Source: Burkholderiaceae bacterium
Lineage (GTDB): Bacteria; Patescibacteriota; Saccharimonadia; Saccharimonadales; AQU-01
Direction of reading: 5' to 3'
Length of the DNA stretch: 64,000 nt
Assembly: GCA_043788365.1 (NCBI GenBank)
Contig: JAYVTZ010000002.1
Coordinates: 51,208-115,207 of the forward strand
Part shown: piece after piece, positions 8,694 through 17,961 of the stretch
Layout of the letters: the number at the start of each line of letters is the position of its first letter
Numbering within the stretch: the first letter of the stretch is position 1
Position numbers and translations under genes: made by a program
The notes under the pieces: generated by a model
The model's database searches: none
The model's input: the letters and a program-made list of their open reading frames with translations, nothing else
What the model was told of the DNA's origin: nothing

Positions 8694-8720
8694 CTAGCAC
8701 TCTATGAGCCTGAGTGCCAG
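8694..8720. promoter_or_regulatory. CIRCE-like HrcA operator upstream of the four-helix-bundle/dnaJ operon
   Basis: CTAGCACTC-N9-GAGTGCCAG compared with the consensus TTAGCACTC-N9-GAGTGCTAA. Confidence 0.7.
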
Positions 8721-8721
8721 T

Positions 8722-11616
8722 CTATCTATCTTGATATTTTAATATTTTGGCGACCGCTAGACCAATCAAAAATAGTGCCAGAACAGTCAATGCCGCCCAA
8801 CCTAAGCCGCGCAGTTGATAAAGCACTGCAGCAACTGCCACATATAGCCCCCACATCGTCACAAATCGCTTACCTATAAACATACCTATTATCATGAAAC
8901 AAACCTCTTCAAGCAGTAACCACCAACCATAAAGACCGCCGGAGACTCCTGATAATGCCTGCAATACCAGAGGCAAAGTAGCAACGCTTAGCATCATATA
9001 AAGATATTGGTCAGATTGACTAGTTTCGCTGCGTAAGTAGCGCCAGTACGAATAAAGCGCAAATTGAATCACCAGCACATGGCTATAGGCCTGAATGTTG
9101 TTAATACCTACGTAGCCCATGAACCAAAATATTGACAAAGTAAATAAGCCGCCGGCTAGTTCTTTATTTTGTTGTTCGGTGTCACGCACGTGGTAGTAAA
9201 CAAGTATGGCAGCAACCAATAGTCCGATCGGCATTGGCCAAAGTGTCCTGGCAATAAACATGATACACAACGGATTCAAAAAGCTAGCTACTAACGCCCC
9301 TGATTTCTGTGAGTTTGCTCGGGCTCTAAGTATTTTACTGGTCTGTTGATCGCTGAGCGCAAAGTAGCAAACCACCGCCAAAACTGAGCTTAGTATTAGA
9401 TAGCCATAGACCATGCCGGAAGTAGGGTGAGGCCGCAAAATACTTGCTAAAATAGCCTGGATCATAATCGGCAATAACATGTATAGAGTCGGTTCTTTCT
9501 CGACTTTTCGTCCCAAGAGCCAAATCAGTAAGGTCACGGCTATTAGTATGGCGCTGGAGTGAAGCTGACTGTTCGATGACATAAGTGATAACATCACTGC
9601 AGCCAAAGCGGCCGACCAATAACCGACAACATACGAATAGCTGGCTGTTCGAGCATAACTCGCCATCGGCACTTTGTAAGATACGAACGTAACCCCTCGT
9701 GCTATTGCCCTTGATAGAATAAGGCCTATCATGACTACTAAGTATGCCCAGGCATAGGCAGCCGAGCTCCACTGCCCACCCAATAGCCCGCGCCCTAAAG
9801 CTACTGGCAGAATCATCCAAAGAATAGTACTTACCCATCTGTTTGGCTCGACTCGGTAACGTAGCGAAATGGCTATATTAGCTAGTAGTGCTATAAGAAC
9901 TGTTGCCAGCAATGCGCCCGGCGACAACCACACTCTAACGAGCGGTAAGGTCACAAATAGACCAGAGATGATTGCCCAATTTTTGTCACGTTTTACTTTA
10001 GCAAGATAGATAGTCGTTGTCGCAATTAATAAGCCGGTGAACAAACTAAACCATGGTCCAGCAAATATACCCACAATAACTACTGCTAGGGCGCTTGCCA
10101 TATATACTTGTCCAGCGGTATTTTGCCAGTTAGCACGTAACCCCCGCCGTTTTGGCGAAACTAAAACTAGTAATTGAAATAATAGGCTCGATGCCATTAA
10201 CATCGTTTGGGATTCGGCAGACATTATCGGATCGGCGACCAACTGAGCAAAAATCAGTGGTAAAGACATACAAGAAATGGCAGCAACAGCGTAAAAGCCA
10301 GTTCTGTTTTGTTTAAGCCACGCAAGCACCGACATCAAGAAAAGTACAAATGTAGAGAATAGGATCGCAGTGTGGTGCTGAAAGCCTACGGCTAGCGCCA
10401 TCATCTGTGAAAATATGACAACTGACGCATAGTTCTGCCAAATAGTGTCTTGTTTGGTAGTAAACCATAGAATAATCATCTCAACTGCGTTAATCAGCGT
10501 TAGTGCAACTGCGGCTGACAATAATGAGTGTCCGGCGCTGTAGAACAACAAGCCCACTCCGATATTAAACGAAAGATGAGCGGCTAGAGCATTGTTCTGT
10601 TTGGCTTCTCCAGATGATGACATGATTTCGAGACCGTAAAAGGCTGCAGCCAGCAAAAACGAGACCCCTAGCTGACCAAAACCTTGAGTGGTTACGATAC
10701 CAAGGGAGACAATGATTGACAGTGGTAAATAGATCATCGCACTCATCTTGCTTGACTCGTTGATTTCGGGCCAACGACTATTAAGGTGGCTAATAGCTGA
10801 TAGGACAATTCCAACTAGTGCGAGCATCCAGCCAAAGTAATAAATTGGTGCCGAAGTTATCGATACTGCCGATTCAAATAATGACAAAAATGTGAATATA
10901 AATACGTAGTTCATCAGTGGCTTATGTAACTTCATGACTGCGTGTGAATACATTACTAGGCAGAGTAGTGACGTAATAAACCAGATTATCTTGGCATCGG
11001 CCGGTCCAAGCAAATATTTATAGACTGTCAGCCCAATAAGAGGCGCAATAGCAACCCCGATGCCGGCAAAAGCAATTCCGGCCTGCTCTAAACGTTGCCT
11101 ATTTTCATAGAGCCATATTCCGCTCATATACATTGTGAGCGTAACCACTGCAACAATTAGACTCCTCAGGCCACCAGACAAACCACCAAACGCCACAAAC
11201 AATCCAGCAGAGGCGACAAATAAAAATGCTCCGAAATAAAGTAATAGCGAGGCGTTATCAAGCTGGATTTGGTTTTTGGCTTTTTCTTGCGTGAATACGT
11301 CATCATTGGCTACCGTGAGTTCGGCTTGCTGATTTTCAGGCTGCCCTTCACTGTCAAAAAACTGGTCGTCATCGATATAGTCAAGTTCTGGTACAGGTAC
11401 ACCCGAATCTCTAATGTCTTCTAGGATTAAGCCAAGTATCTCTTTTTGGGCCTTATTTTTAGCATTTTTTAGATATCCAGCGATAAACACTGCCCATTCA
11501 CGGTTTCTTTCATTCAATTTATCGTCTAATTGCCGAGTTGTGGCCGTGCCTTTAGCTGGCCTTTTTATTATCCAGACCAAAAACAACAAAAACAAAATAA
11601 CTGTAAGCGCGCTCAT
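8722..11616 (-). CDS. Large polytopic membrane protein (964 aa, >20 predicted TM helices), function unknown
   Basis: Long ORF, almost entirely hydrophobic helices after an ~110-aa cytoplasmic N-terminus. Confidence 0.7.
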   Translation of the reverse strand: MSALTVILFLLFLVWIIKRPAKGTATTRQLDDKLNERNREWAVFIAGYLKNAKNKAQKEILGLILEDIRDSGVPVPELDYIDDDQFFDSEGQPENQQAELTVANDDVFTQEKAKNQIQLDNASLLLYFGAFLFVASAGLFVAFGGLSGGLRSLIVAVVTLTMYMSGIWLYENRQRLEQAGIAFAGIGVAIAPLIGLTVYKYLLGPADAKIIWFITSLLCLVMYSHAVMKLHKPLMNYVFIFTFLSLFESAVSITSAPIYYFGWMLALVGIVLSAISHLNSRWPEINESSKMSAMIYLPLSIIVSLGIVTTQGFGQLGVSFLLAAAFYGLEIMSSSGEAKQNNALAAHLSFNIGVGLLFYSAGHSLLSAAVALTLINAVEMIILWFTTKQDTIWQNYASVVIFSQMMALAVGFQHHTAILFSTFVLFLMSVLAWLKQNRTGFYAVAAISCMSLPLIFAQLVADPIMSAESQTMLMASSLLFQLLVLVSPKRRGLRANWQNTAGQVYMASALAVVIVGIFAGPWFSLFTGLLIATTTIYLAKVKRDKNWAIISGLFVTLPLVRVWLSPGALLATVLIALLANIAISLRYRVEPNRWVSTILWMILPVALGRGLLGGQWSSAAYAWAYLVVMIGLILSRAIARGVTFVSYKVPMASYARTASYSYVVGYWSAALAAVMLSLMSSNSQLHSSAILIAVTLLIWLLGRKVEKEPTLYMLLPIMIQAILASILRPHPTSGMVYGYLILSSVLAVVCYFALSDQQTSKILRARANSQKSGALVASFLNPLCIMFIARTLWPMPIGLLVAAILVYYHVRDTEQQNKELAGGLFTLSIFWFMGYVGINNIQAYSHVLVIQFALYSYWRYLRSETSQSDQYLYMMLSVATLPLVLQALSGVSGGLYGWWLLLEEVCFMIIGMFIGKRFVTMWGLYVAVAAVLYQLRGLGWAALTVLALFLIGLAVAKILKYQDR

Positions 11617-11670
11617 CGTTAATACTGAATATACATCAGGGACACAAACTACACAAACCGCTTGTGCTAT

Positions 11671-12357
11671 TTAGAATCCGAGTTTTGGGCCGTAGTAATA
11701 CCAAAATTCCCTCAGTATGAAGAAAAGTAACACTAAGTAAACAGTGACCAGTATCTCACCGTAGTGTTTACGCAGCCATTCAGCCCGTTTTAGTTTAATT
11801 GATTTGATGTGTTTTTGGTCGAGCATGTAGAGGAAGGTATACCAAGAGCTAAGTATCAAAACAATCCATACGCTCAAGCAGTAAATACAAATAGCCTTGA
11901 TGACAAATAGGCTCTCGTACATCAGGTAAAGCATGAAGCCGAGACTACCGATTATGCTCAGAGAATACAGCTTCCAAAACCAACTTTTCATTTTGCCACC
12001 AGCCAAAATTACTAGTCCCAAAAAGCCCATGACTGCAAAACTAGCTAGCCCCATAATTGGATTCGGAAAGCCAAGTACTGTAGCCGGTTTTGACAACATA
12101 ACTGGCCCACAGGCAAGCACTGGGTTAAGGTCACAAATTAAGCTTTTCGACGGGTTTTTGATAAGCTCGATATGGTCTTGAATCAGTATAAACGAAGCCG
12201 AAAAGCCAATAATCGCACAAAATATCAAGATATACGGGAAAACTTGAGACAGAGTTAAGCTTTTAGCTCTTTTAAAATAACTATGCTTTTTTGTCTTTTT
12301 CACCATCGCCTCGCCAGTATAACTGCTTAATGGTTTTCCGGCCATAACTTTGGTCAA
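11671..12357 (-). CDS. Vitamin K epoxide reductase (VKOR) family protein
   Basis: Loop cysteine pair CDLNPVLAC and CxxC (CIYC) in a 4-5 TM scaffold. Confidence 0.7.
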   Translation of the reverse strand: MTKVMAGKPLSSYTGEAMVKKTKKHSYFKRAKSLTLSQVFPYILIFCAIIGFSASFILIQDHIELIKNPSKSLICDLNPVLACGPVMLSKPATVLGFPNPIMGLASFAVMGFLGLVILAGGKMKSWFWKLYSLSIIGSLGFMLYLMYESLFVIKAICIYCLSVWIVLILSSWYTFLYMLDQKHIKSIKLKRAEWLRKHYGEILVTVYLVLLFFILREFWYYYGPKLGF

Positions 12358-12680
12358 GTTTGGTCTTTTAATTGGTCATTTAGCCACTTCTCGGCGGCTT
12401 TTGAAGTCTTAATTACTGGTGTGGCCTGTAGTACAAAAGTTTCGTAACAATGAAGTTTTGCTACTTCAGTCTCAATCTCATCAAACAAATCTTCTCGGCT
12501 GTCCATGATTAATAAGATTTCTTCGTTGTGGTCGACCTTGCCCCGCCACAAAAAATCCGAACTAACTGGCACCTGCTTGGCACAGGCGATAAGATGTTTT
12601 TTTATTAATACTGAAGTGATTTTATCCGCTTCAGTTTTATCAAGACATGTCAGATAAAGCTGCAGAAATGTCTGTTTCAT
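12354..12680 (-). CDS. cutA: Divalent-cation tolerance protein CutA
   Basis: LIACAKQVPVSSDFLWRGKV...EEILLIMDS...LHCYETFVL. Start moved to MKQTFLQLY (12680), which abuts the upstream stop at 12682. Confidence 0.7.
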   Translation of the reverse strand: MKQTFLQLYLTCLDKTEADKITSVLIKKHLIACAKQVPVSSDFLWRGKVDHNEEILLIMDSREDLFDEIETEVAKLHCYETFVLQATPVIKTSKAAEKWLNDQLKDQT

Positions 12681-12681
12681 T

Positions 12682-13362
12682 TTACTGCTCAACGACCATA
12701 AACTTATGATCATCTATAGTTACTTCATCGGGCTCTATATCTTGCCAGGATGCGCCATAAGCCCTTACTAATTCAGCATACTCTGGTGTTCCATATTTAT
12801 ATACTCGGGCTTCACTATTAAATCCCGCCCCCGCTATCATCTCTTCAATGTTGCTAGGCACCCAATGCGGTGTAATGTTTTCTCTGATTGTTAGCCTCCC
12901 GGTTTCTCCGATTACTCTTTTGGCTTCACTAAGCAAGGCCTCAATACTGTTGTCCACCATTTGAGAGCCGATTACATTGCTCATATAAATTTCAGAGACC
13001 GAACCGTCGGTTAGAGGTAACTTATGTCCGTCAGCTACCAAAAAATTAAACGAATCATTTGGCCTGTATGGAAGAACCCTGTCACGAACAATGCGTAGAT
13101 CGTCACATATCTTAGGTGATTCCTCCTTAGCATCTTCGTCTATGTCCAGATTGCCATCTGGCATAAACCATTGATGAAGGCCGCGATAGTAGCGATTACC
13201 CTGAAGTGGCATGTCGATACCAATATATTGATTACCACCACTGAAATCAAAAGCTGTAGCTTGACGATCTACGCCTACAAGCGGAGTTGGCATGGCGTTG
13301 AAGTCATTTGCTCCAACGCCTATCTCTAAGAAAAGCCCTTCCTTCTGTTGAAAGGAAAACAA
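12682..13362 (-). CDS. Class I SAM-dependent methyltransferase-like protein
   Basis: Motif I-like FLEIGVGAN and FLVADGHKLPLTDGSVSEIYMSNV. Sits directly after the dnaK stop. Confidence 0.5.
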   Translation of the reverse strand: MFSFQQKEGLFLEIGVGANDFNAMPTPLVGVDRQATAFDFSGGNQYIGIDMPLQGNRYYRGLHQWFMPDGNLDIDEDAKEESPKICDDLRIVRDRVLPYRPNDSFNFLVADGHKLPLTDGSVSEIYMSNVIGSQMVDNSIEALLSEAKRVIGETGRLTIRENITPHWVPSNIEEMIAGAGFNSEARVYKYGTPEYAELVRAYGASWQDIEPDEVTIDDHKFMVVEQ

Positions 13363-15270
13363 TTATTTCTCCTCGTCGACGACTTCACCTTCTACTGGTT
13401 CTTCTTTTTTGTCATCTTCAGATTTTTCTTCACCTTCTTTGCCGGCTTCGGCCTTGGCAGCCTCTTCGTACATTTTGGCACCGATTGGCATAGTTTTGTC
13501 GATTAGGGCCTTAGCTGCGGCTTCAAGGGCATCTTTGTCAGCACTTTCGTCGGCAATTACCTTCTTGGCTTCTTCAATAGCTTCATCAAGGGCTTTAGTG
13601 TCTTCTTCAGCTAGTTTGTCTTTGTTGTCATCTTTCATCTTTACGGCCTGATAGATGGCGCTATCGAGATGATTTTTGGCTTCAATCGATTCACGCAATT
13701 TCTTGTCTTCCTCGGCGTGAGCTTCGGCGTCTTTGGCCATTTTTTCGACTTCTTCCTTGCTTAGACCCGAGCTACCTTGAATAGTAATGCTCTGCTCTTT
13801 GCCAGTGCCCTTGTCTTTGGCGGTAACGTTCAAGATACCGTTGGCATCGAGGTTAAAAGTAACTTCAACTTGTGGCACGCCACGTGGTGCTGATGGGATG
13901 CCATCGAGCACAAAGCGGCCTAGGCTCTTATTATCAGCAACCATTTCGCGCTCACCTTGGACAACGTGGATTTCGACTGAACTTTGGTTGTCGGCAGCGG
14001 TCGAGAATACTTCGCTCTTGCTAGTAGGGATGGTTGAGTTACGCTCAATTAATTTGGTTGCAACACCACCTAGAGTTTCAATACCTAGTGAAAGTGGTGT
14101 AACATCTAGCAATAGCACATCCTTGACATCACCTTGTAGTACACCACCCTGGATAGCGGCACCAACAGCTACAACTTCATCAGGATTAACACCCTTCATC
14201 GGTTCTTTACCGAAGATCTTCTTAACCTTTTCAACGACAGCAGGCATACGGGTCATACCACCAACAAGGACGATAGCATCGATGTCGCTGGCTTTTAGGC
14301 CAGCATCTTTGAGGGCTTTCTCGCATGGCGCACCAGTTTTTTCAATTAAGTCAGCCACTAAGCTTTCTAGCTTAGCGCGGGTCAGCTTGTACTCAAAGTG
14401 CTTTGGACCTTCAGCGTCAGCAGTTAAGAAAGGTAAGTTGATGTTAACTTCTTGGGCACTGGATAGTTCGATTTTGGCTTTTTCGGCTTCGTCGCGCAGG
14501 CGCTGCATGGCAGCTTTGTCGCTAGAGATATCAATACCGGCTTCTTTCTTGAATTCATCAACAAAATGATTAACAAGTACGCGGTCGAAGTCGGCGCCGC
14601 CCAGGTGAGTGTCACCATTGGTACTCTTTACTTCAAAAACGCCATCACCAAGTTCCAAGATTGAGACGTCAAAAGTTCCACCACCAAGGTCGAAGACGGC
14701 GATCTTTTCATCGCCCTTCTTCTCTTTGTCTAGGCCGTAAGCCAAAGCAGCTGCAGTTGGCTCATTAATAATACGTTTAACTTCTAAACCGGCGATTTTA
14801 CCGGCGTCTTTGGTAGCTTGGCGCTGTGAGTCATCAAAATAGGCAGGCACGGTAATCACCGCCTCCGTTACTGGCGCACCAAGAAAGGCTTCGGCGTCAG
14901 CCTTAAGTTTGCCCAGTATCATGGCGCTAACTTCTTCGGCGCTGTATTCCTTATCGCCCATTTTTACTTTGGCGCTGTTGCCACTTTTAACGATTTCGTA
15001 GCCCATAAGCTTCAAGTCTTTTTGGACTTCTTTATCTTCAAAACTACGGCCAATTAGGCGCTTTACTTCATAAATAGTGTCTTTGGAGTTAGTAACTTGT
15101 TGGCGTCTTGCGACTTGGCCAACCAAGCGTTCGCCTTTTTTGTTGATAGCAACTACGCTCGGAGTAGTGCGTGCACCCTCGGAGTTAGCGATAATTTCCG
15201 CCTTACCCGACTGCATAACAGCCATGGCTGAGTTAGTTGTTCCTAGGTCGATGCCGATAATTTTGCCCAT
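13363..15270 (-). CDS. dnaK: Chaperone DnaK (Hsp70)
   Basis: [27 protein letters not shown] and an acidic C-terminal tail. Confidence 0.97.
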   Translation of the reverse strand: MGKIIGIDLGTTNSAMAVMQSGKAEIIANSEGARTTPSVVAINKKGERLVGQVARRQQVTNSKDTIYEVKRLIGRSFEDKEVQKDLKLMGYEIVKSGNSAKVKMGDKEYSAEEVSAMILGKLKADAEAFLGAPVTEAVITVPAYFDDSQRQATKDAGKIAGLEVKRIINEPTAAALAYGLDKEKKGDEKIAVFDLGGGTFDVSILELGDGVFEVKSTNGDTHLGGADFDRVLVNHFVDEFKKEAGIDISSDKAAMQRLRDEAEKAKIELSSAQEVNINLPFLTADAEGPKHFEYKLTRAKLESLVADLIEKTGAPCEKALKDAGLKASDIDAIVLVGGMTRMPAVVEKVKKIFGKEPMKGVNPDEVVAVGAAIQGGVLQGDVKDVLLLDVTPLSLGIETLGGVATKLIERNSTIPTSKSEVFSTAADNQSSVEIHVVQGEREMVADNKSLGRFVLDGIPSAPRGVPQVEVTFNLDANGILNVTAKDKGTGKEQSITIQGSSGLSKEEVEKMAKDAEAHAEEDKKLRESIEAKNHLDSAIYQAVKMKDDNKDKLAEEDTKALDEAIEEAKKVIADESADKDALEAAAKALIDKTMPIGAKMYEEAAKAEAGKEGEEKSEDDKKEEPVEGEVVDEEK

Positions 15271-15307
15271 ATTTCTCTCCTTTTAGTAGTTCAAATTTGA
15301 TTAATTT

Positions 15308-15334
15308 CTAGCACTCATTATACCACAGTGCCAA
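15308..15334. promoter_or_regulatory. CIRCE-like operator 38 nt upstream of dnaK
   Basis: Minus sense TTGGCACTG-TGGTATAAT-GAGTGCTAG. The spacer contains a TATAAT -10-like box. Confidence 0.65.
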
Positions 15335-15353
15335 TATCATAAATTATAGAAAA

Positions 15354-15380
15354 TTGGCAGTCTCATGTCAAGAGTGCCAG
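15354..15380. promoter_or_regulatory. Second CIRCE-like operator upstream of dnaK
   Basis: TTGGCAGTC-N9-GAGTGCCAG. Confidence 0.6.
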
Positions 15381-15388
15381 AATTTTTG

Positions 15389-15521
15389 TTAACTGGACTG
15401 ATTTATGGGTGCATATAGTTCGTATAATTATGAAGCACGCAAGCTAGTTGTAGCATAGCTACTACTGCCGCGTACTGGAGTGATTAGACGAAATATATGC
15501 CCCAGAAACTGTCCAGTTAGT
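15389..15521. repeat. ~130-bp segment bounded by an imperfect ~28-bp inverted repeat
   Basis: TAACTGGACTGATTTATGGGTGCATATA ... TATATGCCCCAGAAACTGTCCAGTTAG. Lies between the grpE stop and the dnaK operators. Confidence 0.4.
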
Positions 15522-15620
15522 GAAAATTACTGGAACTCTTGACATGGTCAAGAATGCGCTTTGTGTGCTTTTAACTTTCCTTCAAATTATTATTTTCATT
15601 CCCGAACCAAGATGACAATG

Positions 15621-16085
15621 TTATTGCATTGTCACTTTGACCATAGCATGGCGGATGATTTCGTCGCCGACTTTATAGCCAGCTTGGAGTTCTTCGGTCA
15701 CGACTTCTGTATCACCGTCGCCTTCTTCCATGCTGATAGCTTCGTGTAATTCTGGATTAAAATGCTCACCGACAGTTTGTATGCGTTCCACGCCAATTTT
15801 TTCTAATGCCTGCTCAAGCTGCTTGCGCACACCCACTAATCCGCTAAACCATTTCTCCCAAGCTACATCTTTGGATTTTGGTGCATGAATAATAGCGCGG
15901 TCAAGATTATCTATGAATGTTAGCAAGTCACGAATAACATTGGCTTTATAGAAGCCACTGAACTTAATTCTGTCTTCTTCAGCACGACGGCGTACATTAA
16001 TAGCATCAGCTCTTTCACGTAAAAGTGCGTCAGTAAGCTCTGCAACTTGTTGTTCAAGTTCTTTTAAAGTTGGCTTTTTAGACAT
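15621..16085 (-). CDS. grpE: Nucleotide exchange factor GrpE
   Basis: GrpE C-terminal pattern (FNPELHEAI...VVTEELQAGYKVGDEIIRHAMVKV). Start set at MSKKPTL (16085), which has GAAGGAG 9 nt upstream; the track ORF extends to 16109. Confidence 0.9.
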   Translation of the reverse strand: MSKKPTLKELEQQVAELTDALLRERADAINVRRRAEEDRIKFSGFYKANVIRDLLTFIDNLDRAIIHAPKSKDVAWEKWFSGLVGVRKQLEQALEKIGVERIQTVGEHFNPELHEAISMEEGDGDTEVVTEELQAGYKVGDEIIRHAMVKVTMQ

Positions 16086-16293
16086 CTTGCGGCACTCCTT
16101 CAACTTCAACAGTATTTTTTCCTACAAGAGAGATAGCGTGTGGTAATGGAACTCTTTTTACATAGATTAAGTTATCTAGAGCACTTAATCTCCTTACGAT
16201 TTCTAATTCATCTGGAGTTGATTCGACTAATAAATCACGGACCAACTCATCACCACCCAACAAATCACCGAAAGAAGAGCCCTTACTACTCAT
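16078..16293 (-). CDS. 71-aa acidic hypothetical protein wedged between hrcA and grpE
   Basis: The start overlaps the hrcA stop (ATGAGTAG) and the stop overlaps the grpE start (ATGTCTAA), which suggests translational coupling. Confidence 0.5.
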   Translation of the reverse strand: MSSKGSSFGDLLGGDELVRDLLVESTPDELEIVRRLSALDNLIYVKRVPLPHAISLVGKNTVEVEGVPQDV

Positions 16294-16990
16294 ACATTGC
16301 CTCTTCCAAAGTATTACCGGCGCGTTCGACGAGATTCATAACATCGCGGTAACTTTGGCGGGTTGGGCCGAGCACACCTATAAAACTACGGTCACTGAAA
16401 GGGCTGCGGAATTTGCTAATAATTAGACTGCAGCCAGAATTGCGGCCAATTGGGTTCTCAGCACCAATGTAAACGCTCAGCGCTTCGTTTGGAGCGGCTT
16501 CGCGGAGCCATGGTTCGAGGTTATCTAAGAGCCTGGCGACTTCCTGCACTTGAGCTGGATGAATAAATTCTGGCTGACCGAATAAGTTACTAAGTCCACT
16601 CATATATAGCTGATCACCAATCGTTGCCAGGCCTAGGTTGTGAGTAAGCTCAACTAAGGTATCTACAGTATTACGAATAACTCTATCTGGTAATCCGCCA
16701 CCCTGAGCGCGAGCAGCCAGGGCGCGCTCGACACGTGGACTAGTAATTTTTTGTGATTCTTCGCCGACTTGATTGACATAAAATCGATATCCCTTATCTG
16801 TTGGCACGCGACCGGCACTAGTGTGTGGTTGAGCGATAAAGCCAAGTTCTTCAAGATGAGCCATCTCAGCCCTAACTGTAGCGCTTGAAACATTAAAAAG
16901 TTTAGCCAGCAGGCTAGAACCAACTGGACTGGCCACTTCGGCGTACTGCTCAATGATAGCGTTTAGGATTTGAACTTGTCGCTCCGTCAT
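16286..16990 (-). CDS. hrcA: Heat-inducible repressor HrcA (short form, 234 aa)
   Basis: N-terminal winged helix (ILNAIIEQY...VSSATVRAEMAHLEELGFI..PHTSAGRVPTDKGYRFYV) and C-terminal GVLGPTRQSYRDVMNLV. Confidence 0.85.
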   Translation of the reverse strand: MTERQVQILNAIIEQYAEVASPVGSSLLAKLFNVSSATVRAEMAHLEELGFIAQPHTSAGRVPTDKGYRFYVNQVGEESQKITSPRVERALAARAQGGGLPDRVIRNTVDTLVELTHNLGLATIGDQLYMSGLSNLFGQPEFIHPAQVQEVARLLDNLEPWLREAAPNEALSVYIGAENPIGRNSGCSLIISKFRSPFSDRSFIGVLGPTRQSYRDVMNLVERAGNTLEEAMYE

Positions 16991-17009
16991 ATGAACATAT
17001 TATACTGTT

Positions 17010-17036
17010 TTAGCACTTGAGTATCAAGACTGCCAA
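17010..17036. promoter_or_regulatory. CIRCE-like operator upstream of hrcA
   Basis: TTAGCACTT-N9-GACTGCCAA, 20-46 nt upstream of the hrcA ATG at 16990. Confidence 0.6.
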
Positions 17037-17774
17037 TTACTTATATAAGTATTCCCTGACGTCTTCAAGTAAGTGAGCGGCATATTCGCGGGCGGCCTGC
17101 TCTTTGTTGTCATCCAAAATATCGTTCTGAAAATAATTATCTAGAAGTTCGGTGCAGGCATGGAATTCATCATTCACAACTAGTTTATAAAACGGCTCGG
17201 TTAGAGCACGGTCAATTTCATCAAGCGCACTGACGAGGCGTATACGTACTTCATCTTCCGGCATATGGCCGCGGTCACGCAGTCTTTGCATCCAGACTTC
17301 AAAACTTGGTGGCAAAATAAAAACAATTTTGGTATCAGGTTTAATGTCGTGAATTGTTTTAGCACCGTCAGGCTGGACCTCGTTTATAGCAATTTTACCA
17401 GCTTGATTTGCCTTAGTTAACTCTTCGATCCTGACGCCAGAAACTTGTTGACCATGAATAATGGCAGATTCTAAATACATACCGGCTTTTAAATCGTGTA
17501 AATACTCTTCTTCGGTGCGGAAAATATATTCGACACCATCTTGCTCCCAAACACCATTGTTTTGACGTTTTGGCCTGGTAGTATCAGACACCATGTAGTG
17601 GTAATCACCAGATTTTAACAGTTCAGAGATTATTGTGTTACGTCCGGAAGAAGTAGTGCCGACAAGCAGAACAAGACGAGTTTTGGTCAAAATTTCTTTA
17701 GCATCGTTGCTTGGATGATAATTGGCGAAAGTTGCCTGAAAGTCATTTAGAAGTTTTAGTTTTGGTCGTTCCAT
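17037..17774 (-). CDS. Guanylate kinase-like protein with a non-canonical P-loop
   Basis: SDTTRPKRQNNGVWEQDGVEYIFRTEEEY matches the Gmk GMP-binding region. Walker A reads GTTSSGRNT (K->R, S/T->N). Has a ~40-aa N-terminal extension. Confidence 0.65.
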   Translation of the reverse strand: MERPKLKLLNDFQATFANYHPSNDAKEILTKTRLVLLVGTTSSGRNTIISELLKSGDYHYMVSDTTRPKRQNNGVWEQDGVEYIFRTEEEYLHDLKAGMYLESAIIHGQQVSGVRIEELTKANQAGKIAINEVQPDGAKTIHDIKPDTKIVFILPPSFEVWMQRLRDRGHMPEDEVRIRLVSALDEIDRALTEPFYKLVVNDEFHACTELLDNYFQNDILDDNKEQAAREYAAHLLEDVREYLYK

Positions 17775-17838
17775 ATATTATTATAAACAGATTTCACCCC
17801 AAAAAGCAAACGCTTAACCATAGCTTGGTCTCACTTCT

Positions 17839-17912
17839 TGTCATCCTGAACTTGATTCAGGATCCATAATATAGTCGTATCACGTGGATACTGAAACAAG
17901 TTCAGCATGACA
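17839..17912. repeat. Small palindromic element: two inverted 28-nt hairpin units
   Basis: TGTCATCCTGAACTTGATTCAGGATCCA ...18 nt... TGGATACTGAAACAAGTTCAGCATGACA; arms match 24/28. Confidence 0.7.
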
Positions 17913-17961
17913 GTGATGACTTAATATACCCGCTACGAAGTAACTGACACGTCCGTCCACT

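Noticed and set aside
9335-9838. 167-aa minus-strand ORF inside the 964-aa membrane protein gene (also 10565..10774).
   Set aside because: It is an alternative frame of a much longer coherent ORF, with no independent signals.
13787-14569. 260-aa plus-strand ORF (and others at 13409..13651, 15077..15286).
   Set aside because: They are antisense to the highly conserved dnaK and have low-complexity Ser/Ala/Pro-rich translations. This is a typical shadow ORF.
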